Shown: positions 1 through 10,839, counted from the stretch's first letter. The stretch is DNA of 64,000 nt from an uncultured Fibrobacterota bacterium (GCA_963753345.1 CAVWBU010000047.1:128001-192000); one strand, 5' to 3'. A program made the numbers and translations. The notes: a model not told the origin generated them from the letters alone.

Positions 1-1147
1 TGACGCCGGAAGATGCGGTGCCTATCCACAGCGAGCCGGTGATGTCGGAGCTCGGGAGATAGAGCACGTCGGTGATGTAGTCAGGGGTGTTGCCTTCCAT
101 GGCGGGAGACATTCTGTCGTTGAGAAACGATTTCGGGCTGCAGACGAGGGTGTCGGTTGCGGTGCGCACGAGCGTGTCGGGCCTGCTCCCGGCGGCAGCC
201 TGAATGTTGTTCGGCTTGACCGAAAAGTACACAACGGAGTCCGGGCCGAAGGTGAGCGAGGTGACGTTGGAGAGAAACGGATAGATGATCCAGCCGCCCG
301 AGGAGGAGTCGTATCTGTAAAGAATCGTGTCGCTGCCGCCCGCGGTCGCGATGCTCGCATAAAGCAACTTCGAGCGCGCGCAGGAAAACACGTCGAGGTA
401 GGCCCCGAAGGACGCGGTTCCCGAAGCGATGCGGCCCGGCAGCGTGTCCCACGACGTGTCGTTCGGATGAAACCGGTACAGCGCGGCAGGGGTGCACACA
501 AAAAGCGCAACGGCGCCGCCGGCCGAGTCGCCCACGCTTACGGCGATCACTCGTTTCGAAAGGTCGGGGAAGACGGTGATTCCCGTGGTGGCGCTGTCAA
601 GCCTTACCGCCGCAGGGTCGACGCTGGTTCTTGACTTCGGATAATACGCGCGCATGCTCGGTTGCGCCGGGTTCCACCGTACGAGCCCGCCGTCCACGCA
701 CGCGAGCCAGAAAAAGCCGCCGGCCCAGGTTATGCCCACGGCCTTGAACACCGAACTGTCGCGCTTGCTCTTTGACAGCGAGTCCGGCTTGAAAGGCAGG
801 GGTATGCTGTCGAACGAATGCACGGCGTAACGGTAATACCAGAGCTTGCCGCTCTTGGCAAACGGCGCCGTGTCGAGACAGGCCACGGCAACGCCGCCGC
901 CGAACCCCAGGCTAAGCACGGAAAGCGGCGCCTTGTACCCGAGCCACGAAAGCGTGTCCGAGTTCGCGATGGTGCAGTTGAGGCCCTGATCGGTGACCAT
1001 CCAGAGCGTGTCGCCGTTGCCCGCAAACCCGTAGATGTTGTTGCTGGTAATTTCCCTGGTGGGAAGGTCGGCCGCACGCGCGCCGGAGCACGCGCATGCG
1101 ACAAAAAGAGCGGCGAGGACCGCGCGGCGGGCATTATCTCTGGTCAA
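1..1147 (-). CDS. Secreted beta-propeller-like protein (runs off window start)
   Basis: Not in ORF track. Open minus frame from TTG at 1147 (AAAGGAG RBS upstream): signal peptide MTRDNARRAVLAALFVACACSGARA, blades such as SNNIYGFAGNGDTLWMVTDQGL and ITDVLYLP..GSLWIGTASSGV; no stop before position 1. Confidence 0.7.
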   Translation of the reverse strand, partial: MTRDNARRAVLAALFVACACSGARAADLPTREITSNNIYGFAGNGDTLWMVTDQGLNCTIANSDTLSWLGYKAPLSVLSLGFGGGVAVACLDTAPFAKSGKLWYYRYAVHSFDSIPLPFKPDSLSKSKRDSSVFKAVGITWAGGFFWLACVDGGLVRWNPAQPSMRAYYPKSRTSVDPAAVRLDSATTGITVFPDLSKRVIAVSVGDSAGGAVALFVCTPAALYRFHPNDTSWDTLPGRIASGTASFGAYLDVFSCARSKLLYASIATAGGSDTILYRYDSSSGGWIIYPFLSNVTSLTFGPDSVVYFSVKPNNIQAAAGSRPDTLVRTATDTLVCSPKSFLNDRMSPAMEGNTPDYITDVLYLPSSDITGSLWIGTASSGV

Positions 1148-1793
1148 GGACTCGCGCTCCTTTCGGCGGAACAAATTCGAAGGCGCCGGCGGGCGCCGGC
1201 CCGCCCAGCGCGGTTTTGGAGAACGAATAGGTGCTCTCGTTTCCGCATCTGTCAATAACCACCAGCCGCTTGACGAGCGCGGTCTTCCGGTCGGCGGTGA
1301 TGCTTACAAACGAGACATCCCCGCCCGCGGCACCTTTGGCCGAGTCGGCCTTCCATTCGAGCACGTCACTTCCCGAAGGACTTTTTGAGGCTTTCAGAGG
1401 ATACTTCGAGCACAAGTCGGTAAGGACTTTTGATGGAAGCATTGAATTGTTGTTCCCCGAAAGTGCGCTGATGACCACTTGCGACAAACTTTTGTCGTAC
1501 TGCCACAACGTTGCCCCGTCGCTCACCCAGAGGGTGTTCCCGAGGTTTACGCGGTACCGGTCGCCCGGAGCAAGCACGATGCTGCCGTGCATGTTGTCCG
1601 TCTTTTCGCGCACCTTCCAGACAATGCGGATGTCAACGGCGGCCGAAAGGGTTGTTGCCCCGCTGTAGTTCCGCCTGATTTTGTCAACCAGTGGGTTTTG
1701 TTGACAAAAGCATGGCAGGCTGGATGCAAAAAAAACGAGCGCGAAAATCGGCCTGACTTTCAAAGCAGCCCCAAACGATAGAATTACGCTCAT
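1134..1793 (-). CDS. lolA: Outer membrane lipoprotein carrier LolA family protein
   Basis: Signal peptide, VSDGATLWQYDKSLSQVVI motif, C-terminal FEFVPPKGARVLD; directly downstream of ftsK. Confidence 0.85.
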   Translation of the reverse strand: MSVILSFGAALKVRPIFALVFFASSLPCFCQQNPLVDKIRRNYSGATTLSAAVDIRIVWKVREKTDNMHGSIVLAPGDRYRVNLGNTLWVSDGATLWQYDKSLSQVVISALSGNNNSMLPSKVLTDLCSKYPLKASKSPSGSDVLEWKADSAKGAAGGDVSFVSITADRKTALVKRLVVIDRCGNESTYSFSKTALGGPAPAGAFEFVPPKGARVLDQR

Positions 1794-1911
1794 GCCCTAG
1801 AAATGTTTATGGCGATATGCGGAACCGGTTCCCCATCAATCGGACATGTGTCATCGCAACAGAGACGCAGGGAATAAACAAATGATAAAACCCGCCGTAT
1901 TTTTCACCCGG

Positions 1912-4371
1912 TCAGGCCTGGGGCTGCGCAGCGCCGTTGCCCCCGGATCTCATCCTCTGTATGTACCCCTCCAGCTCGTCCGGGTGCATGCGGACCTCGC
2001 GCATCTTGCTTCCTTCCGCAGGCCCCACGATGCCCGCCTGCTCCAGCTCGTCCATGATACGGCCGGCGCGCGCATAGCCGATTTTCATCCTGCGCTGCAG
2101 AAGAGACGTTGACCCCTGGCCGATGCCCACGATGAGCCGCGCCGCCTCCTCGAATAGGTCGTCTCGTCCACCGTCGGTGCTGTAGCCGTCGGGTCCTGCG
2201 GAGGCGTCGCCCACCAGATCGGAGAAATTCTCGAATTTTTCCATTTCGTAATGCTGGTCGTTGATCGCCTTCACAAGGCTTTCGACATCTTTTTCGGAAA
2301 TATACGCGCCGTGATACCGCTCGAGGTCGGGCGCGCCGTTGCGCAGAAACAGCATGTCGCCCATGCCGAGAAGCTGCTCCGCACCCTGGTGTCCAAGAAT
2401 GGTGCGCGAATCAATGGACTGGATGGTGCGGAACGCGATTCGCGAGGCCAGGTTCGCCTTGATGGGGCCGGTGATGATGTCGACCGACGGACGCTGCGTC
2501 GCGACCACGAGATGAATGCCCGCGGCGCGGCCCAGTTGCGCAATGCGCAGGATGTGGCTTTCCACGTCCTTGGACGCGGTGAGCATGAGATCGGCGAGCT
2601 CGTCGACGAATATGACGATATGCGGCAACGGACTCTTCTCGTCTTCGGTGAGCGTTTCCTCGGCAAAGTCTTTTGCCACGAGACGGACATTGGCGCCCTG
2701 GATGTCGCGCGCTCTCAGTTTTTTAAGCAAAGCGAACCGGCGCTGAATTTCCATGACCGCCCAATACAGCGCCTTCACCGCTTCCTTGGGCTCGGTGACC
2801 ACGGGCGAAACGAGATGGGGAATGTTCTCGTAAATGGTGAGCTCGACCTTTTTGGGGTCTATCATGATGAGACGGAGCTCTTCCGGGGTTTTTGTCATGA
2901 GCAGGCTGCAGATGATCGCGTTGATGCACACGCTTTTACCCGAGCCGGTCTGGCCTGCCACCAGAAGGTGCGGCATTTTGTCGATGTCGGTGACAAAGGG
3001 GACGCCGGAAATGTTCTGCCCCACGATCATGGGCAGCTTTGCCTTGGCCTTGGCAAACGCCTCGGAAAGAAGGATGTGCTTGAAGTGCACGATCTGCTTG
3101 TTCCTGTTGGGCAGCTCGATTCCTATCGCCGCCTTGCCGGGGATCGGCGCCTCGATGCGGATCTTCTGGCCGCCCACCGCCATGGCAATGTCGTTCTGCA
3201 GATTGATGACCCTGCTCACCTTGACGCCGGGAGCAAGCTCGATCTCGTAGCGGGTCACCACCGGACCGTAGCAGACGTTGCAGACCTTGCCTTCGATGTC
3301 GAAATTGAGCAGGGTTTTTTCCAGAATGGCGGAGTTTTCGGTGATTGCCTTTTCATCGGCCTGCAGGGACGTTTCGGGCGGGGACGAAAGCACGTCGGGT
3401 TTGGGCAATTCGTACGGCTTCTGCTGCCCCGCGGCTTTCTGGGAAAGTATGGGCGCTTTGGTGCGGCGGCCTGTTTCTCCCAAGTCAAGATCGCCTTCGG
3501 CCGCCGCCTCGTTGTCGCCGTCGTCGTCGCTTTTGGGCTGCACCGCCATGGTCGTGATCTTGATGGGTTCCTTGAGTTTTGCCCGAAACGCCTGCAGATC
3601 CTTTTCCTGCTGCTCCTGGCGCTCGCGCTCGAGCTCCTCGCTCTCGTTGGGCCCGGCATTACCGTTTCCCAATGGCGCGACCTCGGCGGTCCTTTTCTGC
3701 TTGGACCCCGCCGGCATGGCTTTGGCGGCGGGCGCCGCATGCTCTCCCGAAAACAGGCCCCGCAGCCGCAGCAGCGCGGCCTTTACAAACCGCACTACCG
3801 CGCCGAAGGCCGCGGCGAGCGTTACGCGAAAGCAGAGAAGGATGGTGATCACCAGGGCGAAGGCGCAGAGGAAATAGGGCCCGAACCGGTGCGTCCCGAA
3901 GAGAAAGTGAAGCGACCAGGTGAGGGTGTTGCCGACGTAATTGTCGGTGATGACGAACGTCCCGTGCGCAAGACCGGGAAGATTGACAATGGAGACAACC
4001 AGCGATATTTCGGCGATAAGCGCGGCCGTGAAGGCAACCGTGCTCGCCGGCACGTCGCGGCCGGTGAGGTTGGTCCATCCCGCGAGCCCGAGCGCACAGG
4101 GAACGAGGACCGCGGCGAACGCGCCGAACAGGTACACAAGGCCCCTGGAAAGCGCGGTCCCCAGATAGGGGCCGAGAATGTTCTCGTTGTTATTGACAAA
4201 GTAGGAAACAAGCGATATGAGAACGAGCAGACCCATGGCGAGAAACGCCACACCCCACACTTCGTGGGCGAGGTTCGACGACTTTTTCGGCTTGGATGGC
4301 CGCCGCTGCTGGCGGTCGTCCCCGTCCCTGTCCTTTTCCGTCTCTTCTTCTTTTTCGGCGTTTCTTGCCAT
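1912..4371 (-). CDS. ftsK: DNA translocase FtsK
   Basis: N-terminal TM domain, MPHLLVAGQTGSGKS Walker A, IDPKKVEL, ATQRPSVD, gamma domain LLQRRMKIGYARAGRIMDELE. Confidence 0.97.
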   Translation of the reverse strand: MARNAEKEEETEKDRDGDDRQQRRPSKPKKSSNLAHEVWGVAFLAMGLLVLISLVSYFVNNNENILGPYLGTALSRGLVYLFGAFAAVLVPCALGLAGWTNLTGRDVPASTVAFTAALIAEISLVVSIVNLPGLAHGTFVITDNYVGNTLTWSLHFLFGTHRFGPYFLCAFALVITILLCFRVTLAAAFGAVVRFVKAALLRLRGLFSGEHAAPAAKAMPAGSKQKRTAEVAPLGNGNAGPNESEELERERQEQQEKDLQAFRAKLKEPIKITTMAVQPKSDDDGDNEAAAEGDLDLGETGRRTKAPILSQKAAGQQKPYELPKPDVLSSPPETSLQADEKAITENSAILEKTLLNFDIEGKVCNVCYGPVVTRYEIELAPGVKVSRVINLQNDIAMAVGGQKIRIEAPIPGKAAIGIELPNRNKQIVHFKHILLSEAFAKAKAKLPMIVGQNISGVPFVTDIDKMPHLLVAGQTGSGKSVCINAIICSLLMTKTPEELRLIMIDPKKVELTIYENIPHLVSPVVTEPKEAVKALYWAVMEIQRRFALLKKLRARDIQGANVRLVAKDFAEETLTEDEKSPLPHIVIFVDELADLMLTASKDVESHILRIAQLGRAAGIHLVVATQRPSVDIITGPIKANLASRIAFRTIQSIDSRTILGHQGAEQLLGMGDMLFLRNGAPDLERYHGAYISEKDVESLVKAINDQHYEMEKFENFSDLVGDASAGPDGYSTDGGRDDLFEEAARLIVGIGQGSTSLLQRRMKIGYARAGRIMDELEQAGIVGPAEGSKMREVRMHPDELEGYIQRMRSGGNGAAQPQA

Positions 4372-4375
4372 AGTG

Positions 4376-4810
4376 TCAATATCCCGACTGTTTCTTTTCC
4401 AACGCATAGAGGGAAAAGCGCACCGTCTTCGCCGTTTGCGAGATCGGCAAAGCGGCCGAAACCTTGGCGAATTCCTCTATCACCCGGGCGGCCTCTTGTC
4501 CGCGCTTGAAGTTGGCCCGCAGAACATCGGCGGCGCCGTCGCGGCGGAGTTCCTCCGGACGATTTACATTGGCGAAGGGGTCCGCCGCAACGTCGCGGCT
4601 CGCAAGCAGCAGGCCGCGGCCCATTGCGGCCTCTATGTCGTCAAGTGAATGCCGCATGGATTTGAGCGCGGCGGCGCGGCCCTTGTTCGCCGCCATGAAC
4701 CGGAAGTATTCCTCGATCACCCTGAGCGCTTCGCGCAGGCGGTTGAGGTTCGCGTCGATGATGCGGAGAACCTGCTTGTCTGAGATGCGTTTTCTCGCGC
4801 GCGCGGGCAT
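4376..4810 (-). CDS. Stand-alone ThiD2-like domain protein (N-terminal domain of long-form ThiE)
   Basis: RIIDANLNRLREALRVIEE and ANFKRGQEAARVIEEF motifs; no TMP-synthase barrel follows. Confidence 0.75.
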   Translation of the reverse strand: MPARARKRISDKQVLRIIDANLNRLREALRVIEEYFRFMAANKGRAAALKSMRHSLDDIEAAMGRGLLLASRDVAADPFANVNRPEELRRDGAADVLRANFKRGQEAARVIEEFAKVSAALPISQTAKTVRFSLYALEKKQSGY

Positions 4811-5029
4811 GGGTGTCGGAATAAATTTCCGTGAACGTCCGGGGTGTATCGGGCCGTGTGACGACAATGATGCTTAAAATATACGTAATGCGAACGGAGG
4901 GGAATCGCAATTAGCCGGGCGAACGAGCGTCGGCGCGTTCGGGAACGCTCGAGTGTTTCTTCTGCTTAGGAGCCATGATAGACGCGAGATACTATATTTC
5001 CCTCGTACCGCCAAAGGAGGGTGCTTCTT

Positions 5030-6911
5030 ATGAAAAGACTTCTTAAATTCGCTGTTCTATGTGCCTTCGTACCATCATTCGCCGGCCAACTCGGCATCAA
5101 TATCAGCCTGCCCGAGCGCGGCGGAACGTTTGTGGACATTACAAAGGAGAATTACCGCTGGAGCAAGGTCGGCACCGGCGCCGCGCTCGGGGCCGGTGAC
5201 GTTGATTCGTCCGGGCTGGCCCGCATGCGACGCCAATTTCGTGCTCGATTTGCGGCCGGTGGCAGAATGGGCCGGCAGCGTGGACGACCCGGCTTCGTAT
5301 CATCTTGACCTGCGCGGGACCTACAAGTGCAGCCTTGCGGGCCGCGCAAGCGTCAGCAGCTCGGGCGAAGGAACGGTGCAAAACCTTGTGTACGATTCCG
5401 CGGCCAACACCACCACGTTCGATTTTGTGATAACCGACGCGCCTGCGCCTGGCGGCGGATTCGTGAGCCTTGCATTCACCAACACCCGGCGCACCGCAGC
5501 GAGCCCCGTTGGCGGCGGATTCACCCGCTTCATCATGAACCATCCCGGTTATCCGTTAACCTCGCCAAAGATCTTTACCGATGATTTTCTCGCGGCGTTG
5601 ACCGGGATCAATTTTTCAACGATACGCTTCATGCCGTTTACCAACCCCAACGGCATAGACCCTCTTTATCCCGGCGTCACGCCATGGAGCAAACGAAAGC
5701 TTGTTTCGGACGCAGGCCAGAATGCCATTGCGCCCCTCGGAAAACCCGACGGCGGCGCGTGGGAATACGTTGTCAACCTCGCCAACACCGTCAATAAGGA
5801 TGCCTGGATCAACGTGCCCATTTCCGCTGACGCGGGCTACGTGCGGCACCTTGCGCAACTGCTCAAGGATTCCCTTAAGTCAAGTCTTAATATCTACGTG
5901 GAAAGCAGCAACGAGGTGTGGAACACGGCGCCGGGGTACGAGCAAAGCGCGTACAATCATGCCTGGGCGCAGGCGCTCGGCATCACCGACCAGCAGAACC
6001 ATGCGCGGCGCACGGTGTCGCTTGCCATGAGTTTTGACAGCGTATTCGGCGCAGGCGCCCTCAACAACCGCGTCCGCGTGGTGATGTGCAGCCACAAGCC
6101 CATGCTCAAATGGTGGGTGGAGCCCATGCTCCAGTATGTCGACTCCGCGTTCGGCGCGCCCAAGAACTACCTCTACGCGATCGGCTGCCAGACGTACTTC
6201 ACCGGCGGCGTTGACAGCGGAGAAAGCGTGGCGACGATACTGTCCGGGTGCCATTCCGATATTCAGAGCCAGATCGACGAGACCGGCGGGGTCAACGAGG
6301 CTGGCCGCAAACAATGGATCGCCGAAGCAAAAACATGGGGCCTTGCGGGCGGCTTTGTCTCGTACGAAGGCGGGCCCGACCACGGCGGCGGGACCACCAC
6401 AAACATAGCCAACCGCATCCTTGCCGAACGCGATGTACAGATGGGAGAACTCCTCAAGTACAATTACGACACCGCCTTTCTCGCCCTCGGCGGCGCGCTT
6501 GCGATGCAGTTCACCCTGAGCAGCGGCTACAACCGCTACGGCTGCTGGGGCCTCACCGACGACATAGCGAATCCCAACCGCAATTACAAGTATGCCGCCC
6601 TGAAATCCATTGTGGGCGGATCGTCGGTGGTTGCGCCGTCCGCACCCAAGCAGACAGCCGCACGCAGATTGACAATATACAGTCCCGGCCCGGGAAAAAT
6701 TACCGTGCGGCTTGACGCGGCAGGAAATCTCCCTGTCAATGTCGCCCTCTACGACATTTCGGGAAGAAAAGTTGCCGTCCTGTATCGTGGAGTACCGGGG
6801 CAAGGAGCAAGGGAAATCACGATAACCGGCAGGGCTTTTGCAACAGGTTTATATGTGGTAAGCGCGGATGATGCGAACGGCCGAACCGTAGGGCGGGTCG
6901 TGGTGCGGTGA
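5030..6911 (+). CDS. Secreted putative glycoside hydrolase/cellulose-binding family protein with T9SS-type CTD; one frameshift near 5213
   Basis: Signal peptide MKRLLKFAVLCAFVPSFA in one frame joins the 5061..6911 frame at tccgggctgg; motifs IRFM, DAWINVP, YVESSNEVWN, YEGGP; CTD LYDISGRKV...GLYVV. Confidence 0.75.
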
Positions 6912-7118
6912 TGGCGGTTCGACCCCCGGCCAGCTTGCGAACAGGAAATTGCGTCCTTCACGATAATCGGGGACTAAAAATTATTGGTGCGGGCTGATCC
7001 GGGCGGTTCGGCTCAACGCCCCTCATAATCCTCCCTCTTGTTTCCCGAAGCAGTATATTTAGTGTTTGGCATGCAAAAAACCCCGGTCCTGGAAACTTCA
7101 TCTGTCAGAGGCGGAAAA

Positions 7119-7907
7119 ATGGACTCCCGAAAATCAATCATCAGGCAGACTGCGGTACTTCTTGCTGTTGCGGCCACGGTACTCATCGGATGCGCGCCGC
7201 GGGTTCTGGTCCGCACGCCGCCGCCCCCCATCCCCTTTTATGAACAGCCGTTCTGCCCCGGGCCCGATTATATCTGGATACCCGGGTATTGGGACTATGG
7301 CTCGGACGGCTACTACTGGGTGCCCGGGATGTGGGAGCTGGCCCCGAGAGTCGGCTGGATGTGGACGCCGGGCTACTGGGGCTGGTCCGACGGCGTTTAC
7401 TTGTGGCATTCTGGATATTGGGGAAGGCATATCGGATTCTACGGAGGCATTGACTACGGCTGCGGGTATTCGGGCGTCGGCTATGCCGGCGGGTACTGGA
7501 GAGAAAACGAATTCTACTACAACAGCGCAGTCACGAGGGTAAACGTCTCGGTGGTGAGCAACACCTATGAGACGCCTGTTCTCAACAAGAGAGCTGCCGT
7601 TGCGGTTGTAAGCTACAACGGAGGAGACGGCGGCATAGCCTCTACTCCTTCACGAGAAGAGCTCGCGGCCGCCCAGGAGCAGCATATCGCAGCGACGCCC
7701 CTTCAGAAACGGCATGTTCAGGCAGCGAGCATGAACCGGGATCTGCTGGCTTCCCAAAACCATGGTCAGCCTCGCACGGAACTTCTTGCAAAGCAACTGG
7801 CTCCCCGCCCGGCAAAGGCGAATGATTCCCACCCAAAGCCACACGCAAAGAACAGGCACAGGCCAAAAAAACAGGACGGGCAGAAGCGTGGTGATTCGGG
7901 AAGGTGA
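7119..7907 (+). CDS. YXWGXW-repeat lipoprotein
   Basis: Lipobox LIGC; repeats YIWIPGYW, YYWVPGMW, WMWTPGYW, YLWHSGYW; basic tail. Confidence 0.85.
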   Translation: MDSRKSIIRQTAVLLAVAATVLIGCAPRVLVRTPPPPIPFYEQPFCPGPDYIWIPGYWDYGSDGYYWVPGMWELAPRVGWMWTPGYWGWSDGVYLWHSGYWGRHIGFYGGIDYGCGYSGVGYAGGYWRENEFYYNSAVTRVNVSVVSNTYETPVLNKRAAVAVVSYNGGDGGIASTPSREELAAAQEQHIAATPLQKRHVQAASMNRDLLASQNHGQPRTELLAKQLAPRPAKANDSHPKPHAKNRHRPKKQDGQKRGDSGR

Positions 7908-7955
7908 GGATTGCGATTCCGGCTTTGCTTCGTCCCTCCGGGCGTCCCAAACATT

Positions 7956-7984
7956 TTGACAATACTTTAAAGCCAATGTATTTT
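7956..7984 (+). promoter_or_regulatory. Sigma70-type promoter of tRNA-Asn
   Basis: TTGACA-17 bp-TATTTT. Confidence 0.6.
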
Positions 7985-8009
7985 AACCGTTCTTCTTTTC
8001 GATGCTCAC

Positions 8010-8085
8010 TGGAGTGTAGCTCAGTCGGCAGAGCAAGTGGCTGTTAACCACTGGGTCGGGGGTTCGAATCCCTCCACTCCAGCCA
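8010..8085 (+). tRNA. tRNA-Asn(GTT)
   Basis: Acceptor TGGAGTG/CACTCCA, anticodon loop CTGTTAA, GTTCGAATCC T arm, encoded CCA. Confidence 0.96.
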
Positions 8086-8090
8086 ATGTA

Positions 8091-8122
8091 AAGGGCTCCT
8101 GGCAGTCAGGGGCCTTTTCTTT
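8091..8122 (+). terminator. Intrinsic terminator after tRNA-Asn
   Basis: Stem GGGCTCCTG/CAGGGGCCT followed by T-rich tract. Confidence 0.7.
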
Positions 8123-8449
8123 GATGCCTCCCGGATACTCCTCAATACTCTCCAAAGTGCTTAAACGAGGCCGATAAGAATTTTTACGCCGCCTGGAAAA
8201 TTCTGCCGGTACTCTGTCGGACTACCGAGAACTACGGAAATGTGAAAACATGTGTGAAAACATTGTGCTCAGTGCACGCATTGCAGATTGAAAGGATTTT
8301 TTTCATGACCCCAGCCAGGTCCCGATAGCCGGGAATGTTGCGCACGTCAAGAACCAATGCCTTCCCTCCCCAAAAAAGGGTTCGGGGAAATCAATCGCTG
8401 TCAGCTTATCAAAAATGCCGGGCGTCAATCGCAAGATACCGAAATAAAC

Positions 8450-8478
8450 TTGACACCATAGCCAGAGCAGCGTAGTTT
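8450..8478 (+). promoter_or_regulatory. Sigma70-type promoter for 8580-12393 genes
   Basis: TTGACA-17 bp-TAGTTT. Confidence 0.5.
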
Positions 8479-8579
8479 CATATGAATACCTTAGGAGATT
8501 CCGTCAAATTTGACTGAAAATGGGAATTTCTTTGGCGAATGCGCGAGTTCCTTTAAGGTAGCAAGGAGTGTGTGCACCT

Positions 8580-10025
8580 ATGCGTAGATTTTTTTATGGT
8601 ACTCTTGTCGGTCTCTGCGGAATTCTTTTCATCGCTCCACAAATCATTCATGCCCAGTCGTGCCCTTCGTTCACTCATAAAACGACAATCACCGGTATTC
8701 GCGATTCGCTGCCCGACGGGTGGTTTGTTTTTGGATTGAGCGGTCAAACCGGGCTTAATTATTGTAAAACCAGATCAGGAACGCCGACAGTTATTAATAA
8801 TACGAATACCGATTCGATATCCGATGTGGATATATCCGATGATGGACTGTGGATCTTGTATTTGAATAAGCAGTCTACCGCATATTTGATAAAACCCGAC
8901 GGCACCGGCAAGACGCCGGTATCGTTGGGGAGTGGAATTACTTATGCGCAATTCCATCACCATTATTCCCCCACTGAAATTGTGTATATCGCCGATCAGG
9001 GTCGTGTTTACAGGGTTGGTTACCATTTTGGTGCTTCAGGAAATGCAATTTTCGACAGCATGAAGGTTATTGTTGATTTTCGAACCGATACGACAAAAGC
9101 CGGCACGGACTTAAGTGCGGTGATGGTGAATTACAGCCAGTTCTCGATTTGTAAAAACGAATTTGTGTGCACGTTAGAGTTACCAATACCCCCCGATACA
9201 ATGAATCCTCCTCTCGGGGATCCTCCTCTCGGCAGCGATGATCGAACCAGCTATGTCACCATCCCGAACCAGGGCGCAGGGATTGCGCGGGGTAAAAATA
9301 TTTACAAATACCTCACTACGGATTCTTCTGCTTGGTATGGATGCGGGATTACTGTTTCGAATGATGGTGCGCGGGTCTTGGCCAATTCAAATGCTTTTGG
9401 CGGAACTTCCGGGTGTGTCCCAAATCAGCTGCTTAATCCTCCCATGGATCATAAGGGATTTTACGTAACATGTTTCATGTACGACACGATGCCCTCGATG
9501 CCGCGCGATTCGGTTGTTCTGAGCACGAACTATGGCATCAGTATCAACTGGTGCCCGACGCAATATAGAATCGGAACATACCGGCAACTAGGGTTTACCG
9601 CGTGGTCATTCTCGAATAATAACGACTGGGTCATCGGCGAGCAGGAAGGCACCAATACGCCCCTCAAGGGTGTGTGGATTGTCAATATTCCGACCAATAC
9701 ATGGACCCTGGCATATACGGCATCGAGTACTGTCCTGGCTCCCGCAATGTTTCTGCCTGAGACGACGACAAGCGTCGAACAGGGGATGCGGACTTCGCAT
9801 TTTTCGGACGTTCCATTACGATCGAATGTCATAAGAGTCCCGGGCGTGTCCTCGCATATCACGCTGGAACCATCAGTATACCGCTGCGACCTTTATTCGC
9901 TCTCAGGCAAACATTTGTGGAGCTATTTGCGTGCTGACGCAAGTAAACGTTCAAGTGTGGAGATTCCGCGCTTTTTACAAACAAATAATGCGGTCGTTGT
10001 TGACTATATCACAAAGGCCCGATGA
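8580..10025 (+). CDS. Secreted TolB-like beta-propeller protein with CTD-like tail
   Basis: Signal peptide ending IIHA|Q; DVDISDDGLWILY, YLIKPDGTG blades; tail DLYSLSGK. Confidence 0.7.
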   Translation: MRRFFYGTLVGLCGILFIAPQIIHAQSCPSFTHKTTITGIRDSLPDGWFVFGLSGQTGLNYCKTRSGTPTVINNTNTDSISDVDISDDGLWILYLNKQSTAYLIKPDGTGKTPVSLGSGITYAQFHHHYSPTEIVYIADQGRVYRVGYHFGASGNAIFDSMKVIVDFRTDTTKAGTDLSAVMVNYSQFSICKNEFVCTLELPIPPDTMNPPLGDPPLGSDDRTSYVTIPNQGAGIARGKNIYKYLTTDSSAWYGCGITVSNDGARVLANSNAFGGTSGCVPNQLLNPPMDHKGFYVTCFMYDTMPSMPRDSVVLSTNYGISINWCPTQYRIGTYRQLGFTAWSFSNNNDWVIGEQEGTNTPLKGVWIVNIPTNTWTLAYTASSTVLAPAMFLPETTTSVEQGMRTSHFSDVPLRSNVIRVPGVSSHITLEPSVYRCDLYSLSGKHLWSYLRADASKRSSVEIPRFLQTNNAVVVDYITKAR

Positions 10026-10107
10026 ATGTTGGCGCGGGGATTGCGCGCGTTGAGGCATTCATCAAACAGTGCGAACTGAAAACATTTAACAGAAAAAGGT
10101 TGGATCA

Positions 10108-10791
10108 TTGAAAAAAACAACAATCTTCTGGGTCGTGCTGGCGGGGCTTTTGGCGCAATTTTTCTGCTCTCCTACCTCGACACAGAATCCTCCCGGCAGA
10201 GTCGCGTCCATCAGCGTGAGCGATTCTATGACCTTGCCGTTTCCGTCTTTAACCTTTTCCGCCTCGCCCGGAGCTCAATCTTATGTCATCGAGCGTCGTT
10301 GTATTTCCGACAGCGGTTACGATTCTATAGGTTCCGCGACCAATACCGGTTATATCGATTTCGATACCAGTTTACTTCCGGAAACGACTTATTTTTATAA
10401 GGTAAAGGCGCGGAATTCCGGCGGCGAGAGTGCATTTTCCGACGCAGTATCGGTGCTTACCCCGAAGTATATGATTTTTTCGCCCCGGCAGGGGGATGTG
10501 TTTAAAATCAACGATACTATGCGTGTATTGATAAAAACCGCAGATGCTTCCGCAGTAGGCGGAATAGAGTTTTACGAAGGATTGAATGACTTTTCTCCGC
10601 CAGGTATTGCGGGGACTTTCCACATGTATCCGTCACAGGTTTTGAAGTTTGCTGTTCCGGCAACTTTTTTTCCCTTCGGTTCCACCGTCCCGATATCGAC
10701 AGTATCCGATTCCTGTTATATTCTCATATTTGATTATGCCACGTTAGATACGTATGCATATTCTTATGGATATTTTCAAGTCACTAATTAG
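10108..10791 (+). CDS. Fibronectin type III lipoprotein
   Basis: Hydrophobic N-terminus ending in Cys (QFFC); LLPETTYFYKVKARNSGGES FN3 motif. Confidence 0.75.
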   Translation: MKKTTIFWVVLAGLLAQFFCSPTSTQNPPGRVASISVSDSMTLPFPSLTFSASPGAQSYVIERRCISDSGYDSIGSATNTGYIDFDTSLLPETTYFYKVKARNSGGESAFSDAVSVLTPKYMIFSPRQGDVFKINDTMRVLIKTADASAVGGIEFYEGLNDFSPPGIAGTFHMYPSQVLKFAVPATFFPFGSTVPISTVSDSCYILIFDYATLDTYAYSYGYFQVTN

Positions 10792-10839
10792 CGCAGCTGC
10801 AGGGTTCTTAATAAACATGTGATCCAGGAACGATTCTAA

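Noticed and set aside
2251-4509. 752-aa plus-strand ORF
   Set aside because: Antisense shadow of ftsK in GC-rich codon-biased DNA; no recognisable motifs
5205-5220. Programmed frameshift or phase variation
   Set aside because: Only a short G run, no slippery heptamer or long repeat; similar single indels elsewhere point to sequencing error
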